Shown here piece by piece: positions 37,142 to 49,790 of a stretch of DNA of 64,000 nt. The translations under genes were made by a program, and so were the position numbers. The first letter of the stretch is position 1. Every line of letters begins with the position of its first letter. The notes beneath the pieces were generated by a model. It made no database searches. It was not told the origin of the DNA and saw nothing but the letters and a program-made list of their open reading frames with translations. This stretch comes from Camelus dromedarius (taxonomy: Eukaryota). The stretch spans positions 8,184,001 through 8,248,000 of the forward strand of contig NC_087436.1 in NCBI RefSeq assembly GCF_036321535.1, read 5' to 3'.

Positions 37142-38397
37142 TACATAAAAACTGTATTTAAAAAACTTCCTTTAAGAATGTATTTCCAAGATGCTAAGGA
37201 AAAAATGTCAAGGCTTAGAAAAGACAAACGTATTCCCAAGGAAGTGTTTTAAGTCGAAAATAGCATAAAGACCATATGTAAAAACTTAAAGATACAACAC
37301 AGGATGACTTAGAAATATGAGTTTAATATGAAATTGTAGGATTCCAGACAGACAGTGGATTTTATTTTAAGTGAAGTATGTTTGTTTTATATTATTACTA
37401 AAAATATATATGTTTTTTGATAGGAAGAAGGTAACAAAACTTTACAGAGGAAGTAGTCATAATTTAAATGTCTTCAGGTTACAGAAATCACATATATTAA
37501 ACAGAGTTAAAAATAAATTGAAGGTAGTCCGGGCACCCTCAGTGTCTAAAGCTTGTGCACAGGAAATAAGTCACCAAGAAATTTTTTGGAGAGAAGTTTT
37601 ACTTCATGATATGCAGGAACACTGTCAACTGTACAATACGATTTAATACAAACTATGGATATTCAAGTAACTATAGTGTGAAATAACCTAAGAAATGTGT
37701 CTCTCTTATCTTTCAGTCATGAGTTTACTGTATTCACACAAGGGACAGTATCTTCAGGAAGTTCTTTTGTATTATTGAGCTCTAAAATATACTAGATAAC
37801 ACAATGGTCTGTTAGGTATGTTTTAAAAACACAATTACAATTTCAAAATCAAAGCATGAAAAAATTATGGCAAGATGCTCTGTAATTATTTTTGACCATA
37901 AGACATTTCAGAGCACAAGTAAATTCATATCAAGACCTAATTACTTTGATTTGACTCTGACTAGACCTATGATTATCGAATGTTTTTTGCTTTTCTTGTT
38001 TTTATTAATATAATGATTACTATTTAAGAGGAGTGTGCAGCTTTGCTATGACACATAAAGCCAGGATTTGGGCCTTGTTATTTTATAAATCTACCATATT
38101 CTCTAAAAACGGTGCACTGTAGAATTTCCAAAAAACCAATGTATGACATTATAACCTGATTAGAGTCTGCCCTCATTATGCTCCTGTTTCCTGGGATACT
38201 ATCCTGTTATTTTCCTCATGTCCATGATAAGGTATGATATTGAAAATATTTTTATACCATAGAATAGATATTTCATTTTGGAAATGTCTGTCTCCTGTGA
38301 TGCTTTGTTAAGAACTAGAAAGTCTGGAATACACCACTTACATCACATCTCATTGATTAATTTCTTTATATTATTGGATATAATCTGTTGTACTCAA

Positions 38398-39150
38398 TTT
38401 TTATGGGTTAATTTGCTTCTTCCAAAATTCATATGCTGAAGTCCCAATTCTCAGTACCTCAAAATGTGACCTTATTTTAGATAAGGTCTATACTGTTGTC
38501 TCTTGGTATCTTCAGGGGATTGGTTTCAGGACGCCTGAGGATACCGAGTCTCTTATGTAAATGGTACAGTACTTGCATACAACCTATGCACATACTCCTG
38601 TGTATCTTAAATCATCCCTAGATTATTTATAATACTCAATACTATACACATGCTCCATAAATAATTGTAACTATGATGTAAATGTTATGTAAATGTCAGC
38701 ATGTGGCAAAATCAAGTTTTGCTTTTTTAAACTTGGTGAATTTTTTCAAACATTTTCCATCTGCAGTTGGTTGAATCTGGATATAGAAGACCGACTGTGT
38801 GTAGGTAATCAAGTTCAAATGAGGTCACTAGGTTGGGCTCTAACCCAGTATAACTGATGTCCTTGTAAAAAGAGGACATTTGAACACAGAAAAGCCCACA
38901 GGAAGAACACCATATGAAGAAGAAGACAGTGATTGGGGTGATGTTTTTACAAGCCAAGGAATGTCAGAGATTGCCAGTGTCCTACCAGAAGCTAGAGGAG
39001 ACTTGGGACAGTTTCTAACTCAGGGTTCTCAGGAGGAACCAATCCTGCCTACACTGCGACCTTAGGCAACTGGCTATCAGAACTGTGAGAAAAGACATTT
39101 CTATTGTTGAAGCCACTCAGTTTGTTATAACAGCCCGAGCATTTCTACTA
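38398..39150 (+). mobile_element. MLT1C-like LTR interrupted by MER2
   Basis: ccaaaattcatatgctgaagtcc...aatgtgaccttatt, resuming at ggtaatcaagttcaaatgaggtca...caagccaaggaa...ccagaagctag...agaactgtgaga...aagccactcag. Confidence 0.9.
38493..38797. mobile_element. MER2/MER2B MITE (TcMar-Tigger) nested in MLT1C
   Basis: ctgttgtctcttggtatcttcaggggattggtttcagg ... gaccgactg termini; TA on the left flank. Confidence 0.9.
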
Positions 39151-39697
39151 TATTCATCTTCAGAAGATAAATTTCTCATCTTATTCATCTTTATACATTT
39201 TCCTTTTCTCCTTCTGGCAATCATTGCAAATCATTCCTTCACTCAACAATTTGTCTAATAGTTATCTACTCTTTTATGCTTGAAATATGTCTAGATTCTA
39301 GAGAGACTGGTGAAATTTCTATGAGAACATAAAGTTTCCAGAATTACAAGTTGACAGAAGAATATAAAACAAAGGAAAAAAACAAACATAGAAAAGACAT
39401 ACGGAGATACAACATTTGTGCTAGGTAGAGTAACAGAAGAGACATCTACTTTTAGGACATAAAGGTAAACTACGATGGAGAACATGAATCATGACGTTAA
39501 TTTTAAATGCTTTACTTATTCATTTTAAAAGCAGGAAATGAACAGCTACCAAGAAGATTTAAGGGCTGGAAACATTCAAGTTTCTACCAGAGTAGAGATA
39601 ATTAATCAAACATGTAGGGCATTTAGTAGAAACATCAAAAAAGTAAATATCTTGGAAGCAAGATTAAAAAACCATAAAGTAAAATATATTCTCATCT

Positions 39698-39749
39698 AGG
39701 GGGAAAAAAAGGAAGGAAGGAAGGAAGGAAGGGAGGGAGGAAGAAAGAA

Positions 39750-39808
<59 letters not shown>

Positions 39809-39933
39809 GAAGGAAGGAAGGAAGGAAGGAAGGAAGGAAGGAAGGAAGGAAGGAAGGAAGAAAGAAAGAAAGAGAAAGAAAGAAAGAAAGAGAAAGAAAG
39901 AAAGAAAGAGAAAGAAAGAAAGAAAGAGAAAGA
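39698..39933. repeat. Compound (GGAA)n/(GAAA)n polypurine microsatellite
   Basis: Uninterrupted purine run, directly visible. Confidence 0.97.
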
Positions 39934-39989
39934 CAGAAACTCTAAAAACAAGCTTTGAAAAAGTCAAACTGATCTATAAATTAAGAAAC

Positions 39990-41270
39990 AACTTAACAAA
40001 AGTCAATACTCTTTAAAGAAATATGGCAAAATCCAATGTAATGTATATGAACCTAACCACACTACATATTAATTTAGATATAAATACACCAGTTAGAATG
40101 AAACACACCAGTTAGAATGAAAAGATTGTTAGATGAAATAAAAGAGTGATATTCACCAATATGCTAAATTAAAAGAATGAAAATGTTTACCATACAAACA
40201 CTAATTATACAAAATCAAGAGTGTCTATATAAATATAAAGTATAATTTAGGAGGAAGAATATTAAATAAATGTAAAGGGATATTTCACAATAAAGGAGTC
40301 AATTAAGTTAACCAAAAATAAAATAATAAATGTGTATGCTTTTGATGAAAAAGTTGGAATACAGAAGCTGGACTTGAAAGAGAAATAAAAAAATCAAAAA
40401 CATATTTAGAGATTTGAACAACTCTCTCTTAGGAATTGACAAAGTGTTTAGAAAATTTAAAAAAGCTATGAAAGACATCAACTGGAACTAAATGACATGT
40501 ACACTCCACTCCACCAATGAAAGCAGAATAAACATTCTTTTCAATTGCACATCTGAACTGACCAGGACAGGCTCAGATGTTTTTTATAAAATATAAAATG
40601 ACTTAAATCCTTTAAGACTCTTCCCTGACCAAAAGAGAAAATGTTAAAAGTCAATAACAAAAAAGTATCTGGAAAATGCACACAGTTTGTAAACTCACAT
40701 ACTCTTAACTAGCCAATGGATCAAATGGAAAAATACAAGTGAAATTAGAAAATATTTTAAGTGGAATGATTAGAAAACACAAATATTAATATTTGTGATG
40801 TACATAAAGAAATGTTTAAGGGAAAGTCATATCTTTAAATGTTATAACTGAAAAAAGAAAAATATAAAATAATGATCTGACTTCATCTTAACAAATTAGA
40901 AAAATCTTAGAAAATTCAATAAAAGATGAGTACTAAGGCATAATAAAAACAATAAAGACAAACAATAGAGAAAAATAAAAATAAAAACAATAGATTATAA
41001 GGTCAATAGTTTGGTAAACATTTTACTAGATTGTAAAAGGAAAAAGGTAGAGATGATGCAAATTACTAAAATTAAAAATGAAAGAGTCAATAATCAGTAA
41101 AAAGATGAAAAGGGAACAATATAAACAAATTTATACCAGTTACTAGTGGTTTAGAGAAATTGGACAAATTCCTTGATACAGACAATATCCAAACTGATAT
41201 AAGAAATGGCAATCTGAAAAGACCTATATATTGATTAAAGAAACTGAAGTGTTGTTGTGCAAAAAAAAAG
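39990..41270 (+). mobile_element. Ancient L1 ORF2 remnant (EN and linker)
   Basis: agcagaataaacattcttttcaattgcacat, gaaattagaaaatattttaa and aattggacaaattccttga are ORF2 landmarks. Confidence 0.8.
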
Positions 41271-41779
41271 TGATTATATTACCTTCCAAGGGGAGATTTG
41301 CTTTATATTAGACGATTGTAGAATGACTATATGAGGAGTGGGCTTAATGATGAGGCAGAATAAAAAAAAAAAAAAAAAAGAAAAAACACATTGTGCTGCA
41401 GAAGCAGTATATGTAAAGATCCCCAAGTAGAAAAGATTCTTCTTAACTTTGAGGACTTGAAAGAATAACAGTGATTTTCAGCGTGTAGTGAGTAAAGCCC
41501 AGTGACATAACAATATAATTTGTAAAGGTTGATAAGGCTTTTATGAGACTCAAGATTTATAAAATACATGTGATAAGCTGTTCTGTCTTAATTATTTAAG
41601 ACAAGTAACAAATAGAAGTGTATAAGTATACTATTAGGATCCTTCATGTATTTATGCAAAAGTCACCTTTTTATTAGAGATCATTCCGATTTTTATCTTA
41701 CTGATATTTCATTCTGTCAGTCTCTACCATTGGAAACTTCCTATTTACCTTCTTTGTTGATTTGTTTTTCTCCTTTACC

Positions 41780-41936
41780 TGTTTAGCTCCAGGTTTTTCC
41801 ATCTGTCTTCCCTGCTGGAATGTAAACTTCCTGAAGGCAGCTTTTAGAACCGTTTTATTTACTGCTGAATTCTCAGTGCTTAGAGAAGTTGTGGGCACAT
41901 AATAAGGTCTCGATAACTTTTAATGAATGAATGATT
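41780..41936 (+). mobile_element. L2 3' end
   Basis: ctggaatgtaaacttcctgaaggcag...ggcacataataagg...aatgaatgaatga. Confidence 0.8.
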
Positions 41937-42629
41937 AACAGCTGAAGGAGTTTTAGTGAGTGACCGTTCATTTCAAATGCAAAACTTTTCAGTGTCAACT
42001 CAAAAGAAAGTATACATAGTCACTTATTAACAGGTAGGGGAAAGGATGTGGATCATTCAAGATAAACAGCTTTATGGAAATCCATTTCCATGTGGGATCT
42101 CAGGCATGAAAGTTTATCGTAATGAGCAGTATGTTTTCAATAATTTTCAACAAAGGCGAGAATGACCTTCAAGTATCTTTTCCCAAGGAATCTGAATGGG
42201 ATAAACTACTTCCTTTCTGGTGCACAGTGATCATGGTTAGTCAGTCCTTCAGTACCAGTCCCAATACCCCACACTCTTCAAAGCTGGCAGGCACTAAGGT
42301 CAAAGTTCTGCAGGTAAGTCATTCCATAAGATGTACCTTTGATAATTCATGATGCACACAGGTAGCTCAGTAAAGAAAAGGTCAGACCCAAACAACAAAG
42401 AACAGGAAAAATGTATGTAAATTTGAAAATGATAAAACTGTCCCCTTCACCTTTGTCTAACATGATCTCATAACCAATGACACATCAGATGAAGATTGTC
42501 AAGTTTATTATCTGTTCAACTGAGGCACATAATTCTGATAGACAACTGTGCATTAAAATCTTCTACACCAGAAAGTGAACAGAGTGTAAAAGGCAGGCTA
42601 GGTGTTTCAAGTTAGTGTAGACAACAGTT

Positions 42630-42890
42630 ATTACACTAGCAAAACTGACATATGTGAAATGTCGGGGTCAAATGGATCCTGGCTTAAACATCAGTGTTAT
42701 GGTCTCCTACCGTTGTAAGCAATATTAAATTACTAAATCTCTCTAAGCCCTTTTCCCTAATCAAAAAAAAAAAAAAAAAAAGAAAAAAGAAAACAAAGTC
42801 ACAATTCAGATGGGACCCTTACGAACAGTAATATCATGTATTGTAAAATGCCAACACAATGGCTGGTTTATTATGACCATATGCTGATCA
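42630..42890 (+). mobile_element. MIR remnant with an internal A-run
   Basis: ggggtcaaatggatcctggcttaaa...aattactaaatctctctaagccc...gtaaaatgccaacacaatggctgg. Confidence 0.55.
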
Positions 42891-45879
42891 TTTCTTCTCT
42901 ATTACGCCTCCCAGTTCCTGGCGCTGCATTGGAGAATAACACTTGACAATGTTATTCTACCAAATGGCATAACAGACATTTTCAGTGTGTTAGATTACCC
43001 AGTATGACTGCAGTCATAACCTATAATGCTCAAATATGAACCTTAGGATAATGTATCATTTAAACAAAATGCTGAGGATGATTTTGTTAATAAGGTTGAG
43101 TAACAGGTTCTTTTTGTTCTAACGCTTTTTTGCACTGAAGCCCTTGATAACTAAGGTGTCAAACGATTATTTCAAATAGGGTATAATGTTATAAAAGCCA
43201 GCCTCTTAAGTATATTTGGTCCGTGTTTCTCAAGAAGGAAGAAGGATGGCTTTGCAATATTTCTGACAGAAACTCTGCTTTTAACCAAAATAGTAATTTT
43301 GTAACATGAGTTTCCTGTAAAAGGCCCATGTAATTTTTCAGAAAACTGGCTCGGCCTGTCCCAAAAGTTGAATCTTGTTTATGTGACGGATGACTAGACA
43401 GTTATTTGGAAGAAACCCCAGGACAAAATACCCCAACTGCTTCAGGTAACACGAGGTCCACCAAAATTTCCCTCTTTAGAGATGTTCAATTTTTGGTTAA
43501 TAAATAATTACCTACATACCTAAAATTATAAGCATTTTAACAAGAGTACTGCAATAGGTTAAAATTTGCTTAATATATGGATAAAAAGGAAAGACTCATG
43601 TACTTGGGAAAAACTCTTTCTTCCCCATAATTTAAGCCAAGACTATATTATGCAGTTTGACTTCACTCTGCAAATGTACTTCTGAATCATGAAGATATAT
43701 TTTATCTGGAGAATTATTTTTAATAAGAATTGTCATAGTTATTTTTCCACTTTACATAAATGATCTTATAGTTGACTATCTAATATAAGGGTTATTTTCT
43801 CCCTGGGAGGCATTTGCCAAATATTTATTCTTTCTAATAGCTAAGTATACTGATTCAGAAGAGTGCAGAATAAATCGAAAGAAAGAGACAGTAAGTCAAA
43901 AATTTAGGGGAATACAATAAATAAACCACAGATGTTCTTCTGTTGTTCCATACAGCATTTTATCATTTATTCATACACTAAATACATATTTTGGCACTAA
44001 TTTGCAAGGTAGATGCTGTCAGAAATACATCGATATTTAAACACTTTGGTTTTAAAAGAAGAAAAAATCTCCAATAATTATAACTGTGTTCCTCGAGAAC
44101 AATATGCTCTCTTTCAGTTTAAGCAGTTTCAAAAATAAGTGGTATCAAAAGTTGTAACAAGGGGACTGAACATATGTTTTAGACCCTTTTTAACATTTAA
44201 AACATGGATTTGCATGATTTTCTATCAGTGTGGCATGAAATGGGTTGGTTCGTCCACTTACGTGATTCTTATGGTGATTTTTTTTGTTTTTCTTTTTAAT
44301 TGCAGTACGTTTCAATAATTAGATTTTAGCTACTGGAGTTTCTTAATAATTAACATGAAGATGTTTTGATCCCTTCTGGGGACATTTTAGGCAGTTACTC
44401 TGGCAGGGCTGCTCATCATGACAAAAGCAACAATGCCAGTTCTGCTGTGTGTTGCTACAGTTGGCTCCAGCAAGACATGACAAGACATGAAGGGATTCTG
44501 AGTGATGACATTCTTGTTGATAATAGATTGGCTTCCGTGGATACGGCAGCAGATTTGATCTTCTAAATCTCTCATTTCTTTAAAAAAAAAAAAAAAATTT
44601 GAGAATCTCACCAGCCTATGTTGGGAAATCTCAATCTTGCAACCAAACCTTGTCAGAATTATCTTCAGATGATTTAAATGTTGCACGCACTCTATTCGTT
44701 GGCTCATTTTTGTAGTGTAAGTTAGACCAGAGATTCTTTTATAGAACTGGGAACCACAGGCATCATTTATTTCTGTACATAATCTGTGGTTTGCAAATAG
44801 GAAGTATTCATGAGTAGTATGGTATTTTGAACCAAAATGTCATGGAGAGAGAAAAGAAACATTTTCTAAATGTGCTGCAGATAATTTTACATCACATTCC
44901 TGGCTTTCTAGTGTGTGATGAGAACTCAGCTCTGTACATTCGCAAATAAAAGCCTTTTCACTGATTTTAGTGAACTTTAAAAAAAGGTAAAAATGGTCAC
45001 TTAAAGCTTATGGAAATCTTGTCAGTTTTTTCAACATTATCTTTTTAACTTAACTTCATAAAAAACTTCCCAAAGACAAAACCTGAATAGTAAGTAACTT
45101 TCAAAGTATAATAATAAAGTCAATCTTTATTATCTATTATGCTTAAAATATTTTTCCATGGACTTAGTAATTAAAAAATAGTTCAGCCCCAAATAAAATA
45201 AGTTTGACAGCTAAGTTGTACTAAATTGGATAGGTTTTGACAATTTCATATATTCATTATGTTTAAGACAAGTTCAGAATTTATATGGTTTAGAAATACA
45301 AAAGTCTAAGACATTTTCACAGGAAACAGACTAGAACATACCAAGAGGATTGATACAGCAATGCTCTATCAACAGGAGAAATGAGATTTGAAATCTAAAA
45401 TCATCCTGGAGTATACGGAGATACCCAAACTGGTGAGCAAACAGAGGAGTTTCCAAGGAAACTTGCTGTTAATAATGAACAAATATTACTCTGATCTCCA
45501 GATAACCTCTTAACCAAGTAGCACACTCAAAAAATGAGGTGAAACTCAGGAATTGTGTGACTGTGTTACATTAATTATCTTTATTTAATCCTTTTTGCTT
45601 ACGATGAATCTTAGGTGAATATGTCATGAAAAAAAAATGATCTCATCTTTTCTTTAAGAAAAGTAAACTCAAATTTATTAGACATCATAACCAAACCAGT
45701 GTAATATCCAAACTCTCCCCCAAATTCTAAATTGTGTAGTTAAGCACCACACCTCCGAGAAAGGACACAACTAATGTTAGTTAATATAGAGTAATCCAAG
45801 TATACCTAGCTACTAAAATTTTCATATCTGTGCTGGCAATGAGGTGGTAGTTGGCATTTATTAAGATTTCATTCTTTGC

Positions 45880-46026
45880 GGGGAGGGAGGGTATAGCTCA
45901 GTGGTAGAATGCATGCTTAGCATACACAAGGTCCTGGGTTCAATCCCCAGTACCTCCGTTAAAATAAATAAATAAATTAACTTAATTTCTGCTCTCCCAC
46001 CAAAAAAACCCCAAACCAAAAAGAAA
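45880..46026 (+). mobile_element. Vic-1-type SINE, full length
   Basis: gggagggtatagctcagtggtagaatgcatgcttagcatacacaaggtcctgggttcaatccccagtacctcc; 15-bp TSD aagatttca(t/g)tcttt at 45863-45877 and 46027-46041. Confidence 0.95.
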
Positions 46027-46044
46027 AAGATTTCAGTCTTTACT

Positions 46045-47655
46045 TTGCACACAGCCAGCACTTAAGCTGATCACCCTTCTTTACAGGGGTAGTAATCCAG
46101 ACGTTCCTATTGAAGAACCTGAGTCCTCTGTGGTCCTCAATTCACTGGGTTGCTATATCCACCCACGAAACTTGGTCTTGGATGTATGAAGAGATATCCT
46201 AGTGAATAACACAGCTTCCAAATATATTTCATCCTGTCCTAATTTTGTAACAGAAAACGAAGGCTGAAAATCCATTTTTGTGGTACGGTGGATTCAGTTT
46301 CACTCTATCAGGATGTCAGTTCAGGTCTCAGAGTCAGGGATAAAGCACAGCTATACGGTCAAGTTCTATCAAGGCCCAATAAAGAGGCAAGAGCTGCCTT
46401 TCAGAAAAAGAATAGTTATCACTAGAGGAGGCCATTATTTTCCCACAAAGTCCTCTGAATCTGTGCTGCCCTCATTGTAATGGGGCTTCTCAGGGGATCC
46501 ACAAAGCACCCTTTGTCTATGATTGGCTGTGTGAGCACCATTGTACCTGCAGGTTTATGAGATCAGATTTTTGGGAGGCTTCCTCTTCAGTCTGAACTTG
46601 CTTATAGCCATATTTTTCTTTTGACTCCACTCAAAAATTTCCAGCTGAATGAGTTAACTCACAGGAGTTGGATCACGAAGCCCAGTGTGGGCTTTTGTTG
46701 CCTCAAAAACTTGAAGAGATCCAAAATGAATGTAGCCACTTTCTCAGGGTTAGGCAGTGCCAAGTGCCTCTAGGTTTAGACTCTGTTCCCCAATGTGTTC
46801 ATAATTGTGGGACCTCTAGGCTCTTCAGTCATCGAACCAGACTCAGAATTTTCATTGGATTGATTTCTGACTCTGAGCAGACAGATAGCTAGAGATGAGC
46901 AGAGAAAGGGGACACAGGCCAAATGGCAGGAACTGGACAGAAAGGAGGGGCACAGGCCAAATGCAGGAAACCCTACATCATGTAAACAACAGGGGTCCCT
47001 GGGCAGAGAAAGAAAAGCAGGAACTTCTGGGCTGATAAGAAATCACACATTTTGGGGTGATGAGTGTACTGGAGGCTGAAAAAAAGGTGGGAAAAAGCAG
47101 AAATCTCATGTCCAAATATAACTTTTTGCTCATTATGCCCTCATTTCAATAAAATTAGCCTTGCAGATAAGAAGTGCCCATAATGCACTGACGCCATGAC
47201 TCTTCTGATCCAGACTAAGTAAGTACAAAAATCCCTCCTCCCTTTGAGAAGGTGGAGTTGGGATGAAAATCAGGGAAAATGACCCCAAACCTTTCCCTTC
47301 CCAGTGAATATTTCACCCATTCATTTTTACACCCTGTGTAACCAACTTGCCAAAGAAACTCAGGTCAGCTGCTCACCTGAGTCTGCCCACTCTCCCCTTG
47401 AGGGTGTTATCTATCTATCTCTTAATGAATCCCCACTTTACTTTCTTAAACTCCACATCTCATTTCTGAATTCTTTCTGCAATGGGACAGGAACCTAGTC
47501 CCTGGCAACATGACCACCAGCAAGCCTATATTTTACTAGAGTAGATAGTTAAGAGCTATTTTGTGCTAACAGATGCCATCATTTTGAGTTACCAATAGTG
47601 GGACAGCGTGGTATTCTATAGGATATTCAGATGACTTATTTCTCTTTCAACTACT
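46045..47655 (-). mobile_element. ERVL pol fossil (RT and connection region), split by an ERV1 LTR
   Basis: Minus strand: VEREISHLNIL*NTTLSHY (cf. DHLDIPQNITLVHYIDD), PMKILS, LDLFKFLRQQ (cf. GLFGFWRQH), FEWSQ, MASSSDNYSFSERQLLPLYWALIEL (cf. PSSADNYSPFERQLLACYWALVE). Confidence 0.85.
46868..47510 (+). mobile_element. ERV1 solo LTR (same family as 21613-22201)
   Basis: cagacagatagctagagatgagcagagaaaggg start and ctgaattctttctgcaatgggacaggaacc...ggcaaca end. Confidence 0.88.
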
Positions 47656-47659
47656 TTAA

Positions 47660-49310
47660 GACAGAGATCACAGGGCTGCTGTGGTTCTGGGGAGTGGAGA
47701 GGGAGCTGGAGTTTGAATTAATGACGAGGGACCAATAAGTTACTTACACCTATGTAATAAAGTCTCCATAATAATTCAAATAGGATGGGGTTCAGAGAGC
47801 TTCCATGTTGGTGAACATGTAGAGATTTGGGGAGAATGGTGCTCTCTGAGTGGGTTCGGAAGCTCTGTGCTTTTCCTACATACCTTATCCTATGGATCTC
47901 TTCCATCTGACTGTTCCTGAGTTATATCCTTTTATAATAACCCAGAGATCTAGTAAGTAAAATGATTTTTCTGAGTTTTGTGAGCTGCTCATACAAATTA
48001 GCTAAACCTGAGGAGGGGTTCAGTCAGAAGTCAGGTAACAAAATAGACTGATGAATGGTGTCTGAAGTCCAAGAAGGAGGTTGTGAGAACCTGCAGTTTG
48101 CAGCTGGTTTGGTTAGACGTACAGGTAACAACATGGACTTGTGAATGATCTCTAATGGGGGTCCAGGGTAGTCTTGTAGGACTGAGCATTTAACCTGTGG
48201 AATTAAAAGGGAGCAGGACCTTGTGGGCCCTCCCAAGTACAAAGCCTTTCTGTCCCGTTTCTCCTTCCTAAGAAACAAGCTTCATGCAGCCTCCTTGACC
48301 TTCCCTGAGTTCCAAAAGGCAGATTGAAACAGTTGCTAATCAGGGAAGGGAGGGAATGCAGAAACAAGGGAGGAGCAGTCAGGAAACAATAGTGCAGCCT
48401 TGGGGCAGGGTCCTGGTTCCTCCTCAAGGGGTATGTATACAAAACACTATCTTCAAGTTCTTCTACAGGAACCAAGGACCCCCCTTCCCCCCACACCACT
48501 GCCTCTTGTTTATGGCTGAGCAGCATCTTCAGAGTTATTTTTGGAGGGGTTCACTGGGTCCACCAAATTGCAAGCATTCTGACTCAAAGCAACTTTCTTT
48601 TTGTTACCAAGGCTGTTGTCCCCAGGATCCTACCCCTATCCCTCCCTGGACTAGAAATCAATTACTCTTATCTAAGACTCAAGAGAAGAAAGAAGAACTA
48701 GTTAGAACCTGCAGAGCCCCAAATGCAGAGGATTTGACTTCCAGTGGATCTGGTACCTCATTTTACGCTCATTGGAATGCATTAGCATGCTAAGGGACAC
48801 AGCCACCAGTACGAGTACTAGGACAGTTGATGATTGCCAGGACAACAACCAGAAAAGCCTGTACAAAGATGGAAGACATGACAATTGGCTGCATCACACC
48901 CAGAGCAGGGACATGATGGCAGAAGCCTCCCAGAAAAGTCCACATGGCCCAAGCTACAGCTGGAGCTGTCTCTACTGGCCATCTTGGCTGATGGCTCCCC
49001 ACCCAAGTGTTCCCCTTCCCCACCCAAGTGCTTTTCATTCCTTCTCCTTGCTTGAGCACTTTCCTTCCATCTCCCCTTCTGAGCAATGAAATGGCTGTTT
49101 GCTTCATTCTTCTGCCTCTAAGGACACACACTTTGATGGGCTTCCTAATTTAGGGGTTCCTTTATCCACTAGCAGAATCTGATGCTATCTCCACACAGAG
49201 TCAGAATTGAGATGAATTGTAGGACACCTAGTTTGTGTCCCGAGAATAGCTTGTTGGTATGGGGAAACCCTCCCAACACACATGCATATTAGAATTGGTA
49301 CCAGAAATTT
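47660..49310 (+). mobile_element. MER21-like LTR split by a younger LTR
   Basis: ggggttcagagagcttcc...ggtgaacatg...ggactgagcatttaacctgtggaat, resuming at ctgatgctatctcc...gtcagaattga...aggacacc. Confidence 0.85.
48204..49174 (+). mobile_element. Long ERV1 solo LTR nested in MER21
   Basis: About 970 bp, ends in CA, 4-bp TSD gaat at 48200-48203 and 49175-49178; the MER21 sequence rejoins seamlessly across it. Confidence 0.88.
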
Positions 49311-49790
49311 TTTAATTCCAAATCTAAAAAGCTTTCCAAGAATGCTGATGTTCTTATCACTAATATATTTTTCCATGCCTTGGAGAAAGGATAATCAGGA
49401 TCTTTCTGTGAACACCTATATGTAGAAGGTAAGGAAATTTTATATAATAAACCCAACACATGATTTGCACTTCCACACTTCCTTCTCTAGATTAGACCAA
49501 GTCAGTTCAACAACTTAAAAGCCACTCAGAGTATTTAAAACAGGTCAAAGAGACAAAGTTCAGTTGCTGTATTACTGTACTTAGAGTGCAGATCACTTGA
49601 TGAAAAGTAAAGCAATGGCAGGTCATTGCGTCAGTATTTGAGAAGTAGACAGTGAGACATAACAGGGCCTGGATTTGTTGCTAGAAGAGGGGAACCAGGA
49701 TGAAAAATGCACAGGTCTCTCCCTCTCCCCTGTTCCTCTAATGGTTTCAAGCATTGTTCAAACTATGATAAGAGCCAGCTTGCACAGGAG

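Noticed and set aside
39664..39967. F/L/S/P-rich ORFs
   Set aside because: Translation of the (TTTC)/(TTCC) microsatellite.
48203..49131. Cluster of overlapping 100-145 aa ORFs
   Set aside because: All lie inside one GC-richer LTR, with no gag, pol or env motifs.
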